Origin: Dehalococcoidia bacterium
GTDB taxonomy: Bacteria > Chloroflexota > Dehalococcoidia > Dehalococcoidales > E44-bin46
Direction: 5' to 3'
DNA: 55,851 bases
NCBI GenBank assembly: GCA_004376105.1
Contig: SOKA01000091.1
Coordinates: forward strand, 1 to 55,851
Part shown: piece by piece, positions 17,820 to 27,901 of the stretch
Position numbering within the stretch: the stretch's first letter is position 1
Layout: each line of letters starts with the position of its first letter
Program-made: the position numbers and the translations under genes
The notes under the pieces: model-generated
What the model was told of the DNA's origin: nothing
Databases searched by the model: none
The model's input: only the letters and a program-made list of their open reading frames with translations

Positions 17820-19463
17820 ATGTTTGATTTACTAATCAAAAATGGAAAAATCATGGACGGCACAGGTAATCCTTGGTTCTTCGGAGACGTAGCAATTAAA
17901 GACAGTAAAATTGAAAAAATAGGCTTTATCGATAGCCGTTTAGCACGAGAGGTTATTAATGCAAAAGGATTTGTTGTTGCCCCTGGATTTGTGGATATTC
18001 ATAGCCATGCAGATTTCGTCCTCCCTCTTGATGAGCACCCCGAAATTCTGGAACCCCTTGTGCGTCAAGGTGTGACAACAATTGTGACGGGAAATTGTGG
18101 CTATTCCACAGCACCGATCAACCCGCAAACCCTTGAGTTACTAAAAACATACACGTTGTTCTTACAAACCGCAGAGCTTAAGTGGGAATGGCTTGATATG
18201 AAAGGATATATGGATTTTATTGAAAAAGGGGGCGTTGCCTATAATGTGGTCCCGTTGGTATCCCATGGGGCAATACGTATCGCTATAAAGGGCTTTGAAG
18301 GTGGTCCAGCCGCAGACTCTGAAAAAAAGGAGATGGCTAGACTTGCCAGGGAAGCCATGGAACAGGGGGTCTTTGGCCTTTCTTGTGGCTTAATTTACCC
18401 GCCAGGGATGTATTCTGACACCGATGAATTAACTGCCATTTGTAAGCCCCTAAAGGATTTCGGAGGCGTATTTACCTCCCATGTTCGTGGCTCAAGTGAA
18501 ACTTTATTATCGGCAACCAGAGAGATTATTAAGGTAGGTGAACAGAATGGTATTGGCGTAGAACATTCTCATCTGGAGGCTTTTGGTGAGGAGCATTGGC
18601 CGAAGATTGACCGTGTTCTAAATCTTCATGACGAGGCTCGTGCCAGAGGCGTGGATATCACCTTTGATGTTATCCCGTATATAGCTGCTAATACCACGCT
18701 TTTAGGTATTTTCCCACCCTGGTCTATCGAGGGAGGGGTAAGTAAGCTTATCGAGCGGTTAAAGAATAAAGAGGTCAGAAATCGTATCAATGTGGACGTA
18801 GAGGAGACTGTTTCCGACTGGCCACCTTGGTTGCCCGGTGCCTGGCCCCACAACCTTGCTAGAGCAGCGGGATGGAAGAATATTATTGTTATCTCGGTAG
18901 GCAGCGCTGTCAACAAGCATCTGGAAGGGAAAAACCTCGTGGAACTGGGAGAGGAAGAGAAGAAGATGCCTTTTGATGCAGCTGCCGATTTGATTATCGA
19001 AGAGGAGGGGCAGGTTATGGCGTTGTATATTGGGGTTTCTGGAGATATGAGGGGCGATGAGGGGCTGAGGAAAATAATATCACATCCTCGAGCTTCGATA
19101 TGTACGGATGCCATAATCACTGGAAGAGGTCTCCCACATCCGGCAGCGTACGGTTCTTTCCCCAAGGTGTTGGGCTATTTTAGCCGTGACCTAGGGCTCT
19201 TTACCATGGAAGAAGCTGTCAGAAAGATGACCTCCATGAACCTGCAGAGATTTGGGGTAAGGGACAGAGGGCTGATAAGAGAGGGGTGTTTTGCCGACAT
19301 AACCATTTTTGATGAAGCTACTGTGGGCGAAAGAGGTACATACTTTGATCCTGCTCACTCTCCTGAGGGGATTAAATATGTTATTATCAACGGAATCCCG
19401 GTTCTACAAGATGGTATATACAACAGCAAGCTCTGTGGCCGTGTTTTACGTAAACAAAGGTAG
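17820..19463 (+). CDS. N-acyl-D-amino-acid deacylase (D-aminoacylase) family amidohydrolase
   Basis: MFDLLIKNGKIMDGTG..VAPGFVDIHSHADF and a length of 547 aa are typical of the D-aminoacylase/Amidohydro_3 family. Confidence 0.8.
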   Translation: MFDLLIKNGKIMDGTGNPWFFGDVAIKDSKIEKIGFIDSRLAREVINAKGFVVAPGFVDIHSHADFVLPLDEHPEILEPLVRQGVTTIVTGNCGYSTAPINPQTLELLKTYTLFLQTAELKWEWLDMKGYMDFIEKGGVAYNVVPLVSHGAIRIAIKGFEGGPAADSEKKEMARLAREAMEQGVFGLSCGLIYPPGMYSDTDELTAICKPLKDFGGVFTSHVRGSSETLLSATREIIKVGEQNGIGVEHSHLEAFGEEHWPKIDRVLNLHDEARARGVDITFDVIPYIAANTTLLGIFPPWSIEGGVSKLIERLKNKEVRNRINVDVEETVSDWPPWLPGAWPHNLARAAGWKNIIVISVGSAVNKHLEGKNLVELGEEEKKMPFDAAADLIIEEEGQVMALYIGVSGDMRGDEGLRKIISHPRASICTDAIITGRGLPHPAAYGSFPKVLGYFSRDLGLFTMEEAVRKMTSMNLQRFGVRDRGLIREGCFADITIFDEATVGERGTYFDPAHSPEGIKYVIINGIPVLQDGIYNSKLCGRVLRKQR

Positions 19464-19669
19464 AAAAGAGTGATTTATCATATAATGGATATTGGTGTAG
19501 CATCGGTGTTCTAAAGAGAGAAGTGGTTGATAAGAAGTATGATATACTAAAAGTCACACAGCAAGGAAAGAGCGACGGGAACAATGATTCAGAATGGGAT
19601 GGAAGGGGGTGAGAGATGAAATAATGTATTACATATTCAACTGACCAAAATCTTATCAGGAGGTTCAAG

Positions 19670-20860
19670 GTGAAACACAAGAAGTTGTTAGCATTAGTGA
19701 GTGGCATTTGTCTAATATCACTAGTTGGGGTCTCATTCATAGCCGGCTGCGCCCCAGGACCACCAGTAGAGGAGGAGCCAATCAAAATAGGCGCCATTCT
19801 GTGCCTCACCGGGGTGGTGGCAGAGCTAGGCCCCAAGTTCCGGGCGGGCATCGAGCTGGCACTGGAGGAGGCTAACTATGAAGTTGCCGGCAGACCGGTA
19901 GAACTTATAGTTGAAGACTCGGCGACTGATGTCACTACCGCTGTCGAGAAATTCAAAAAGCTGGTGGACCTAGACAAGGTGCATGTCGTCATTGGCCCAC
20001 TTATGGGCGATTCTCACCTGGCAATGGCACCCTATGCGGCTGAAAAGAAGATCCTTGTCACGTCTCTGATAAATGGAATGTATGAGGCTGTACAATATGA
20101 GACCTATTTAATCTACCCAACCACCTGTATGGCGCAGACTTATCCATTCGGCGAGTATTGTCATGACGTATTGGGTTACGACACCATGATCACTATAGGT
20201 GCCAACTATGCCGGTAAAATCGCTTATGCCAATGGCGCCGCGAAGGGTTTCGAGGACGCCGGGGGGACTGTGGTTCAGCAACTATGGCCAGATGTCGGCA
20301 CTCCAGATTATAGTCCTTTCATAGCTGCCTTTGGGGAAGCCGATGTTGTCCTCTATGCTATGGAGGGTCCTGGACCGGTAAGCCGATTTATCTACCAATA
20401 CCGGGAAGCAGGAAAGACAATGCCATTGGTGACCATCACCCAGGATGGAGACTATACCCCCGAGGCCTTGGCAGAACTTGGTGATATTGCCCTAGGTATT
20501 CTAGGCGAATCTTCCTACCCCTGGCAATTAGATACCGCAATCAACAGAGCATTTGTGGCGGCGATAAAAGCCAAGACTGGAGTGGTGCCTAGCTGCTCAG
20601 AGCAGAATGCCTACACAATGGCTAAGGTAGTTCTAGCCGGGCTAGAGGCTACGGGTGGCGATGACTCGTTTGACAAGCTGTGGCCAGCTATACTGGCGCT
20701 CGAAATAGATACCCCGCAGGGTCCTCTGTCCTTTACTCCTGAGGGGGTTGCCATTACAGATATGTATGTTACCCAAGCAGAGAAGGTAGATGGCGAATAC
20801 AGATTGTCGGCGCCGATTGACGTTGTTCACGCCATTCGCGACTGGAGACTGCCAGAATAA
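19670..20860 (+). CDS. Branched-chain/amino-acid-type ABC substrate-binding lipoprotein (LivK-like)
   Basis: GTG start with a GGAGG RBS and lipobox FIAGC. PIKIGAILCLTGVVAELG..ELIVEDSATD is the Peripla_BP_6 pattern. Confidence 0.8.
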   Translation: MKHKKLLALVSGICLISLVGVSFIAGCAPGPPVEEEPIKIGAILCLTGVVAELGPKFRAGIELALEEANYEVAGRPVELIVEDSATDVTTAVEKFKKLVDLDKVHVVIGPLMGDSHLAMAPYAAEKKILVTSLINGMYEAVQYETYLIYPTTCMAQTYPFGEYCHDVLGYDTMITIGANYAGKIAYANGAAKGFEDAGGTVVQQLWPDVGTPDYSPFIAAFGEADVVLYAMEGPGPVSRFIYQYREAGKTMPLVTITQDGDYTPEALAELGDIALGILGESSYPWQLDTAINRAFVAAIKAKTGVVPSCSEQNAYTMAKVVLAGLEATGGDDSFDKLWPAILALEIDTPQGPLSFTPEGVAITDMYVTQAEKVDGEYRLSAPIDVVHAIRDWRLPE

Positions 20861-20869
20861 GTTAGCCAA

Positions 20870-20906
20870 GGGCAGGTTGGGGTTTCCCCCAACCTGCCCT
20901 TTTCCC
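20870..20906 (+). terminator. Strong hairpin/terminator between the binding-protein and permease genes
   Basis: A 13-bp stem GGGCAGGTTGGGG-tttc-CCCCAACCTGCCC followed by TTTT. It is likely a partial terminator that sets the ratio of binding protein to permease. Confidence 0.7.
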
Positions 20907-20951
20907 TGACTAATGGCTCGGTGAGTGGAGCGTCACAGGTGATTAACTCTC

Positions 20952-21812
20952 ATGGAAACAGCCGTATTGACCTTTTTTAACGGGATTTCCTATGGCATGC
21001 TATTATTCCTTATAGCCTCTGGCATGTCCATTGTCATGGGGCTCATGGGTATAGTTAACCTAGCCCATGGCGCATTGTATATGGTTGGCGGCTATGTAGG
21101 TTGGACGATAGCCGTGCAGTATGACTTGAATTTCGGGCTGGCTGTTTTCCTGGGTGGGTGTGCTGGTGGGCTTACCGGCTTAATCCTGGAGCGCGGCTTC
21201 CTACGCCGCCTGTATAAACAACCAAACGAGCAAGTGCTGCTAACCTTTGGCTGTATCTACATCCTGAGCAACCTATGTATGTGGATTTGGGGTCCGAGAC
21301 GTCGGCTTCAGTTTACCGGCGAATTTCTGTCCGGTCTTATCCATATCGGAGGCATACCTTTCCCCATGACCCGAGTTTTTATTATCATCACCGGGATACT
21401 GGTGGCAATAGGTCTATGGTGGATGCAGGATAGAACCCGGCTTGGTGCCATGGTGCGGGGAGGAATGGACGATAAGGAAATGACAATGGGGTTAGGCATA
21501 AACCTGGAGCGGGTTTCTATGCTCGTTTTTTTCTTGGCTGCATTCATAGCTGGGATTGGTGGCGTAGTTGGAGCCCAGTTATTGGGCGTATACAACTGGC
21601 TGAGCACAGATATTTTGCTCCTGGCACTAGTTGTCGTCATTGTCGGCGGCATGGGCTCTGTACAGGGAGCTCTATTGGGGGGGATTGTGATAGGCCTTAT
21701 CGATACAGCTTTCAAAACCCTGCTCCCACAATTTTCCATGTTTACCATTTACCTAGCCATGATAATTATCTTGATGATTAGACCCAGCGGCCTTCTGGGG
21801 AGGAGGGTCTAA
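20952..21812 (+). CDS. livH: Branched-chain amino acid ABC permease LivH-type
   Basis: 286 aa polytopic protein with a typical LivH N-terminus (LTFFNGISYGMLLFLIASG..NLAHGALYMVGGY). Confidence 0.85.
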   Translation: METAVLTFFNGISYGMLLFLIASGMSIVMGLMGIVNLAHGALYMVGGYVGWTIAVQYDLNFGLAVFLGGCAGGLTGLILERGFLRRLYKQPNEQVLLTFGCIYILSNLCMWIWGPRRRLQFTGEFLSGLIHIGGIPFPMTRVFIIITGILVAIGLWWMQDRTRLGAMVRGGMDDKEMTMGLGINLERVSMLVFFLAAFIAGIGGVVGAQLLGVYNWLSTDILLLALVVVIVGGMGSVQGALLGGIVIGLIDTAFKTLLPQFSMFTIYLAMIIILMIRPSGLLGRRV

Positions 21813-21815
21813 GAG

Positions 21816-22829
21816 GTGGCAACAGCTAAACTAAAAGAGTCTGTTAAGCAACCATGGCAGGGGCAACTGATTCGTTTTACCCCTTATATCGCTGGTGGTG
21901 TAATCCTTGTCATATTGCCGGCTGTGATGCCCTCATATATTCAAGGCATATGGACTAGGTTCGTTATTTTTGCCATCTTCGCCGCGAGTTACGACCTTGC
22001 TTATGGTCACACCGGGCTTCTTTCCTTAGGACACGCTGCCTACTTTGGAGCCGGAGGTTATACCGCTGCTCTGCTAATGTTCCATTATGGCATTGACTCT
22101 CTTTGGGTAGGTATACCTCTTGGCATCTTGATAGCCGCGGCCGTTGCTGCTGCCTTCGGCTTTATCGCCCTTCGAGTGTCAGGTATGTATTTCCTATTAG
22201 TCACCTTTGCTTTGGCACAGTTGCTTTTTAGTATTACCTGGAATGTGCGATGGTTCAATTCCCCCGGCATGATGGGCATTGCCGGCTTACCACGCCCGAA
22301 CCTCGGCATCCCCTGGTTTAGCTGGAGCCCGATTAGTCTTTATTATTTTGTTTTGGTAATGTTTCTCATCAGTTTTTTCTTGATACATCGGATTATGAAT
22401 TCTCCCTTTGGATATGCCCTGAGAGGCATTCGTGAAGATGAAACCCGAATGCGGTCCGTAGGCTATAATACCTGGCTGTATAAATATATTATCTTTATTA
22501 TTACCGGAGCTTTTGCCGGGCTAGCCGGCGTGCTATTTGTCTATTATAATAGGTTCATATCTCCCACGCATATCGGTATCACGTTTTCCTTTTTGCCCAT
22601 GTGCATGGTAATAATAGGTGGCAGTGGAACGCTTTTGGGGCCTGTTATCGGGGCCATGGTGATAATATTTGCCGAATACTTTGCCAGTCTGTTTACCCCA
22701 GAGCGCTGGCCTTTGATACTGGGCGCTATTTTTGTTGTAGCTATTATGTATGCCCGGGGAGGGATTGCCATTCACCTGTCCCGGCTTTGGAAGAGGATGA
22801 GTTATCGTTATGGAAGCACTAAGAGTTGA
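21816..22829 (+). CDS. livM: Branched-chain amino acid ABC permease LivM-type
   Basis: 337 aa with YDLAYGHTGLLSLGHAAYFGAGGY, the LivM hallmark. Confidence 0.85.
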   Translation: MATAKLKESVKQPWQGQLIRFTPYIAGGVILVILPAVMPSYIQGIWTRFVIFAIFAASYDLAYGHTGLLSLGHAAYFGAGGYTAALLMFHYGIDSLWVGIPLGILIAAAVAAAFGFIALRVSGMYFLLVTFALAQLLFSITWNVRWFNSPGMMGIAGLPRPNLGIPWFSWSPISLYYFVLVMFLISFFLIHRIMNSPFGYALRGIREDETRMRSVGYNTWLYKYIIFIITGAFAGLAGVLFVYYNRFISPTHIGITFSFLPMCMVIIGGSGTLLGPVIGAMVIIFAEYFASLFTPERWPLILGAIFVVAIMYARGGIAIHLSRLWKRMSYRYGSTKS

Positions 22830-23577
22830 GGGTTTGTCCAAAGATTTCGGTGGTGTTCACGCCTTGAGCAATGTTTCCTTCAGCGTGGAAGTTGGAGAGC
22901 GCTTGGCGATTATTGGGCCCAATGGGGCAGGGAAGACCACGCTATTTAACCTGCTCAATGGACAGCTACTCCCAACAGCTGGTTGGATACAATTTTTTGG
23001 ACAAGATATTACTACTATGCCTACACATCGCCGTGCCCATCTTGGCCAGGGCCGCTCTTTTCAAATAATAAGCCTTTTCCTTAATCTTACGGTACTTGAT
23101 AATACTTTGATAACCCTTCACGGTACTAAACGCTCCCGTTTCCAAATGTTTCGCCCAATTAATCGGTATGAACATTTACTTACTAGAGCTCAAGAGATGT
23201 TGACATCAGTGGCTTTGTGGGAAAAGAAGGACGAGTTCGTGAAAAATATATCTTATGGAGAGCAACGGAGATTGGAAATCGCTCTTACTGCAGCCTCGGA
23301 ACCAAAACTATTGTTGCTCGATGAACCCAGTTCTGGGTTAACTGCTGCCGAAGGTGTTGATATTGTCACCATGATTCGTAACCTGGGAACAGATATTACC
23401 GTAGTTGTCGTTGCCCATGACATGGACCTAGTATTTGGTGTGGCTGACCGGATTATGGTACTCCATTATGGGCAGCTTATAGCTGACGGAACGCCTGAGC
23501 AAATCCAGGCTGATTCAAGGGTTAAGGAAATCTACATGGGAATTGAGGAGGGCACAGGAAATGCTAGAGCTAGTTGA
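22810..23577 (+). CDS. livG: ABC ATP-binding protein LivG-type
   Basis: GPNGAGKTT, the LivG-type insertion, YGEQRRLEIA and LLLLDEP. Confidence 0.9.
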   Translation: MEALRVEGLSKDFGGVHALSNVSFSVEVGERLAIIGPNGAGKTTLFNLLNGQLLPTAGWIQFFGQDITTMPTHRRAHLGQGRSFQIISLFLNLTVLDNTLITLHGTKRSRFQMFRPINRYEHLLTRAQEMLTSVALWEKKDEFVKNISYGEQRRLEIALTAASEPKLLLLDEPSSGLTAAEGVDIVTMIRNLGTDITVVVVAHDMDLVFGVADRIMVLHYGQLIADGTPEQIQADSRVKEIYMGIEEGTGNARAS

Positions 23578-24265
23578 TATTCATAGTTACTACGGGGAAA
23601 GCCATGTTCTCCATGGCATTTCGCTGAAGGTCAAGGAAGGCTCTGTAGTAGCTCTCCTAGGTCGCAATGGAATGGGGAAAACAACCACTATCCGCTCAAT
23701 CATCGGCTTTACCCCTCCGCGGCGCGGCGTGGTACGTTTTAAGGGAAAGGACATCACCGGTCTCCAATCCTACCAGATTGCTCAGATGGGCATAGGCTTG
23801 GTTCCCCAAGGGCGGCATATTCTCCCCTCATTGAGCGTAGAGGAAAACCTCACTATGGCAGCAACGACCAGAGGAAAAACTGAAGCCTGGACTTTAGATA
23901 CAGTGTATTCGCGCTTTCCTATTCTAAAGGAGCGAGCTAAGCTAGGTGGTAGTCGCCTCAGCGGTGGGGAACAGCAGATGTTGGCCATTGGCCGGGCTTT
24001 AATGACCAACCCCGAGCTACTTCTAATGGATGAGCCTTCAGAGGGACTGGCTCCAATAATTGTCCGGGAGATTAGCCACATTATTGGCCAGCTTAAGAAA
24101 AGCGGCTTATCTATCCTATTGGTAGAGCAGAATTTCCCCATGGCATTAGCCGCGGCCGATTATAGCTACATAATAAGTAAGGGCATAATAGTATATGAGT
24201 CTACACCCGAGGAGCTTAGAGGCAATGAGGAGGTTAAAGCCAAATACCTTGGTGTAGCAAAATGA
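23561..24265 (+). CDS. livF: ABC ATP-binding protein LivF-type
   Basis: GRNGMGKTT, LSGGEQQMLAIGRAL and LLLMDEPSEGLAP. The start is placed at MLELVDIH, downstream of a GAGGAGG RBS. Confidence 0.9.
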   Translation: MLELVDIHSYYGESHVLHGISLKVKEGSVVALLGRNGMGKTTTIRSIIGFTPPRRGVVRFKGKDITGLQSYQIAQMGIGLVPQGRHILPSLSVEENLTMAATTRGKTEAWTLDTVYSRFPILKERAKLGGSRLSGGEQQMLAIGRALMTNPELLLMDEPSEGLAPIIVREISHIIGQLKKSGLSILLVEQNFPMALAAADYSYIISKGIIVYESTPEELRGNEEVKAKYLGVAK

Positions 24266-24398
24266 GGGCAATAAGCTCTCCAAATTGGGAATTAAAGCTG
24301 GAGAATCGAGGTGAAGACTTTTGGGGGATAAAGAGCCAAACCTAAGGGCGGAATTAAATAGCTTTTACAACGAAAGTATAACGGGGAGAAGGAGGTAT

Positions 24399-24860
24399 GA
24401 TATGGAAAATTTGCTTTACAAGAAGCCAAGCGAACTAGGGGATTTCACCCAAGAAGAACAGGAAAATCTTCGTATCGTGATGGAGGAATTAAAGGCATGG
24501 GATACTCACGACCTAGACAGGCTGTATGCGGTCATGGATGAAGATATAATTTATCATGACGTCACGCTGCCACCGGCTAAGCGACATGAAGGTCTGAAGA
24601 AATTTGCTGAGGGTTGGCTAAAGGCAGCGCCTGACTTTACGGTTTTCATTGAGAAATTTATTGTGAAAGGCAATTATGTGGTGAATGTGGGCAGAATATC
24701 AGGAACTATCACCGGCGAGTATTTTGGGCAGCCAGGTCCCAACAAACCCTTTGATTGCATGTATTGTCAAGTAGCTGTGGTCGAGAATGGAAAGATAAAG
24801 TATATCAGAGACCATTGGGATTCCTACACTATGATGCAGCAAATGGGTTGGGCCAAATGA
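24399..24860 (+). CDS. SnoaL-like / NTF2-fold (ester cyclase-like) protein
   Basis: About 150 aa, with the pattern ..DLDRLYAVMDEDIIYHD..GLKKFAEGWLKAAPDF..FIVKGNYVV..G..TG.. typical of SnoaL-like proteins. AAGGAGG lies 6 nt before the ATG. Confidence 0.6.
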   Translation, partial: DMENLLYKKPSELGDFTQEEQENLRIVMEELKAWDTHDLDRLYAVMDEDIIYHDVTLPPAKRHEGLKKFAEGWLKAAPDFTVFIEKFIVKGNYVVNVGRISGTITGEYFGQPGPNKPFDCMYCQVAVVENGKIKYIRDHWDSYTMMQQMGWAK

Positions 24861-24882
24861 AGATTTGAGGAGGAGGAAAGTT

Positions 24883-25191
24883 ATGGTAAAAGAGCCCCAA
24901 AATGTGCTTAAGGGGACCCTTGTCCAGATCCATAAGGTCATCCTGACACCGGAGCAAAGACCGGAGGATATACCGGCTTGTACGAAGAACGTCCCTTATG
25001 AAGCCTGGATAAAGGGGTTTCTTTTGGATGATGAGGCGAGGATTGGGGATACCGTCCAGATTGAGACCTTTATCGGGCGCCGACTCTCTGGGACTCTGGT
25101 TGAGGTGAACCCTGTATACATTCACAATTTTGGCAAACCTCAACCGGCTTTGCTTCCCGTGGGGAAACGGATAGGGAAGAGAAGGCAATGA
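24883..25191 (+). CDS. ortA: 2-amino-4-ketopentanoate thiolase alpha subunit (OrtA)-like
   Basis: About 100 aa. LVQIHKVILTPEQRPEDIPACTKNVPYEAWIKGFL..ARIGDTVQIETFIGRRLSGTLVEVNPVYIHNFGKP follows the OrtA pattern as I remember it. It overlaps ortB by 4 nt (ATGA). Confidence 0.75.
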   Translation: MVKEPQNVLKGTLVQIHKVILTPEQRPEDIPACTKNVPYEAWIKGFLLDDEARIGDTVQIETFIGRRLSGTLVEVNPVYIHNFGKPQPALLPVGKRIGKRRQ

Positions 25192-26597
25192 GGAATGATG
25201 TTAGCTATCCTTCAGTGATGTCTAGGAAGAGCGAGATTCTCAAGCACTCCGTTGGAATTGATTATCAAGAGTTTGAGCTTTCTCCGCTTGCCTTTGATTA
25301 CGAAAGGTTGATGAATTGTTGTGGCTATTCCCTGTCCGATGTTCAGAAGGTCCAGACAGATACCGGGGTAGGAAACACACCACTGGTTGAACTGAAGAAC
25401 ATTACTGAACTGGTACGGTCGATTTCGGCTCCCGGAAAGGGAGGGCGCATCTTTATCAAGGATGAGAAAGCCTGTCCTAGCGGAAGCTTCAAGGACCGCC
25501 GGGCTTCTTTATCCGTCTATCATGCTGCCCGTCTAGGATACAAAGGGGTGGTAGCCGCCACTTCGGGAAACTACGGTGCTGCCGTGGCTTCGCAGGCTGC
25601 CAAATATGGGCTTAAGGCGATCATCCTCCAAGAAGTTTATGATAGCCGCAAAGTGGGTCAACCCGAAATTTTGGAGAAAACAAGGGCTTGCGAGGCCTAT
25701 GGCGCAGAGGTCTGGCAGATGACGGTTGGACCGGAACTTTTCTACATCATGCTACGCATTCTAGAGGAGACCGGGTTTTTTAGTGCCTCCCTCTATATTC
25801 CTACAAGCGTCTTAGGAATTGAGACCTTGGGCTATGAATTAGCGCAGCAAGTTATGGAGCGAGAGGGCCGATTTCCTGATATGGTCGTGGTCGCCCATGC
25901 CGGCGGTGGTAATGTCACGGGTACGGCTAGGGGACTGCAAAAAGCAGGAAGCCATGAGACGGTGGTGGTGGGTGCCTCTGTTGACCTAAGAGGCCTGCAC
26001 ATGGCCAGTGACTACGACTTTAACCGCAAGTCCTTTACCACAGCACACTCCGGTTTCGGGATACCTTTTCTAACTTGGCCAGACCGCACAGATGTCCCAA
26101 GAAACGTTGCCCGGGGGCTGCGGTACCTAGATCAATACGTTCTGGTCAGTCAAGGGGAAGTGTTTTATGTCACCGAACTTCTGGCAAAATTGGAGGGGCT
26201 TGAGCGTGGCCCAGCAGGGAATACCTCATTAGCCGCCGCAATCCCTCTTGCTCAGGAGCTAGATAGAGACCAAATCTTGGTGGTCCAAGAAACAGAATAC
26301 ACAGCCGCTGGAAAGTTGCCCTCTTCTCAACTTACCTTTGCTGAAGAAAATGGAATCGAGGTAAAACGGGGTGACCCCAGAGACAATATTCCCGGCAAGG
26401 TGATCGTGATTCCCCAGCGGGTCGAGCAGCTCCAGGTAGAGAATCTCGATTTGGACAAGATTCGCCAGTCATATGTAAAACATGCCATAGAAGCGACAGG
26501 GGTGCGTCAGCCCAGAGAGGAAGATATTCTCTTTATGGCTGAGGACTCGAGGAGTTCCGTTGACTTTATCCGTTCAGTGTTGCAGGGGATTTCATAG
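25188..26597 (+). CDS. ortB: 2-amino-4-ketopentanoate thiolase beta subunit (OrtB)-like, PLP-dependent
   Basis: 469 aa, fold-type II PLP enzyme. Motifs are SGSFKDRRA (PLP lysine) and ATSGNYGAAVA. It is translationally coupled to ortA. Confidence 0.75.
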   Translation: MRNDVSYPSVMSRKSEILKHSVGIDYQEFELSPLAFDYERLMNCCGYSLSDVQKVQTDTGVGNTPLVELKNITELVRSISAPGKGGRIFIKDEKACPSGSFKDRRASLSVYHAARLGYKGVVAATSGNYGAAVASQAAKYGLKAIILQEVYDSRKVGQPEILEKTRACEAYGAEVWQMTVGPELFYIMLRILEETGFFSASLYIPTSVLGIETLGYELAQQVMEREGRFPDMVVVAHAGGGNVTGTARGLQKAGSHETVVVGASVDLRGLHMASDYDFNRKSFTTAHSGFGIPFLTWPDRTDVPRNVARGLRYLDQYVLVSQGEVFYVTELLAKLEGLERGPAGNTSLAAAIPLAQELDRDQILVVQETEYTAAGKLPSSQLTFAEENGIEVKRGDPRDNIPGKVIVIPQRVEQLQVENLDLDKIRQSYVKHAIEATGVRQPREEDILFMAEDSRSSVDFIRSVLQGIS

Positions 26598-26614
26598 AAA
26601 TAGGAGGATGTATC

Positions 26615-27901
26615 ATGCTTTCTGATTTTGAATTTAATCTCCAGCATCAGCTCTCCGGCCTCAAGGCATTAAGCAACATCAGCGAACTGGCAAAGGTTGG
26701 GTACAGGTTTGTGGGTACTGAAGGAGATAGAAAATCCATAGAGTTTATGAAGAAACAGTTTAAGTCCTATGGATTGGATGTTGTAGAACTACCCATCCGG
26801 GTTCCCACCTTTGAGGATGAGAAACCCCTCCTCAAGATTCTGGCGACTGGAGAAGAACTGGAATGCATTGCTCCTTTATTTTCACCCTCGACCCCACCCG
26901 GGGGGTTGGAAGCTAACCTAGTTCTGATCGGGGACGGGACAGAGGAAGATTATCGCCGGGTTAACGTACGAGGGAAAATTGTGGTTCTCCCTGAGACAAC
27001 TGTGGGGTTTGCCAAGTTCTGGTTAGGAACTTTCGCAGAGAGGGCGGCCCAAGCAGGTGCTGTGGGCATGGTTATAATTCACCCCATGCCATGGCCGTAT
27101 CGGATGACCATGGAAGCAGGATACTCGAATCCCCAAAAAAGATTCTGCGAGCAAAAACTTCCCGCCGTCTGTATTTCTGCTATTGATGGTTTAAAACTTA
27201 TGCACGCTATAGGAAAAGGGGAGACCAGAGTACGATTGGAGACAAAAAATCTGATAGAGGAAAGGGATTCGGTAATCATCTCCGCCTTCCGTCGGGGAAC
27301 AGAATATCCTGAAGAGCGAGTGGGTATTATAGCCCATCGAGACAGTGCAATCGCCCTCGGTGCCAACGACAATGGTTCGGGAAGTGGAACTATACTGGAG
27401 ATTGCCCGGGTTTTGAGCCAGACTAAGCCAAAAAGATCATTCGAATTTATCTCCAGTACTGCAGAAGATGGTGCCACGGTCGGTGCCTACAAGTATTGCG
27501 AGGTACACAAAGAGGACCTGGTCAAGAACATGAAGGCACTGTTAGATATAGACATGCTCAGCGGGGCTGTTGTTAAACAGATCGAAGTAGGGCATTGGCC
27601 GGATACAGAACCCATCAAACACCCGGCCTGGCTGCTGAAGATGGTTGATGATGTGGCTGCTGAACTGGGATATGGGTTCGGTAGGCTATCGGCAATGTGG
27701 GGTGTCCCAGAGGAAGGGCGATTTATCGATATAGGTGTACCAGCAACTGTTTTGTGGGCAAATGATGACCCCTATTACCATTCGATTCATGATACTGTCG
27801 ACAAGGTCAACCCGGCTAACCTTAAAGCCGCAGCGGATACCATTGCCATTGTGGCCTGGAGATTGGCGAATAGTAAAATCAAAGAGGAGGGGGAACGATG
27901 A
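26615..27901 (+). CDS. M28-family metallopeptidase with PA domain
   Basis: AHRDSAIALGANDNGSGSGTILEIARVL, the M28 zinc-ligand region. A PA-like insert is present (RGKIVVL). There is no signal peptide. Confidence 0.75.
   Translation: MLSDFEFNLQHQLSGLKALSNISELAKVGYRFVGTEGDRKSIEFMKKQFKSYGLDVVELPIRVPTFEDEKPLLKILATGEELECIAPLFSPSTPPGGLEANLVLIGDGTEEDYRRVNVRGKIVVLPETTVGFAKFWLGTFAERAAQAGAVGMVIIHPMPWPYRMTMEAGYSNPQKRFCEQKLPAVCISAIDGLKLMHAIGKGETRVRLETKNLIEERDSVIISAFRRGTEYPEERVGIIAHRDSAIALGANDNGSGSGTILEIARVLSQTKPKRSFEFISSTAEDGATVGAYKYCEVHKEDLVKNMKALLDIDMLSGAVVKQIEVGHWPDTEPIKHPAWLLKMVDDVAAELGYGFGRLSAMWGVPEEGRFIDIGVPATVLWANDDPYYHSIHDTVDKVNPANLKAAADTIAIVAWRLANSKIKEEGER

Noticed and set aside
19464-19669. 206-nt leader before the LivK-like gene and ~130-nt leader before the deacylase gene, considered as riboswitch or T-box candidates
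   Set aside because: I could not recognise glycine, lysine, SAM, T-box or other conserved aptamer cores by eye. These are left unannotated pending a covariance-model scan.
19387-19851. 154-aa minus-strand ORF across the deacylase/binding-protein intergenic region
   Set aside because: It overlaps the ends of two well-supported plus-strand genes, has an odd composition and no RBS.
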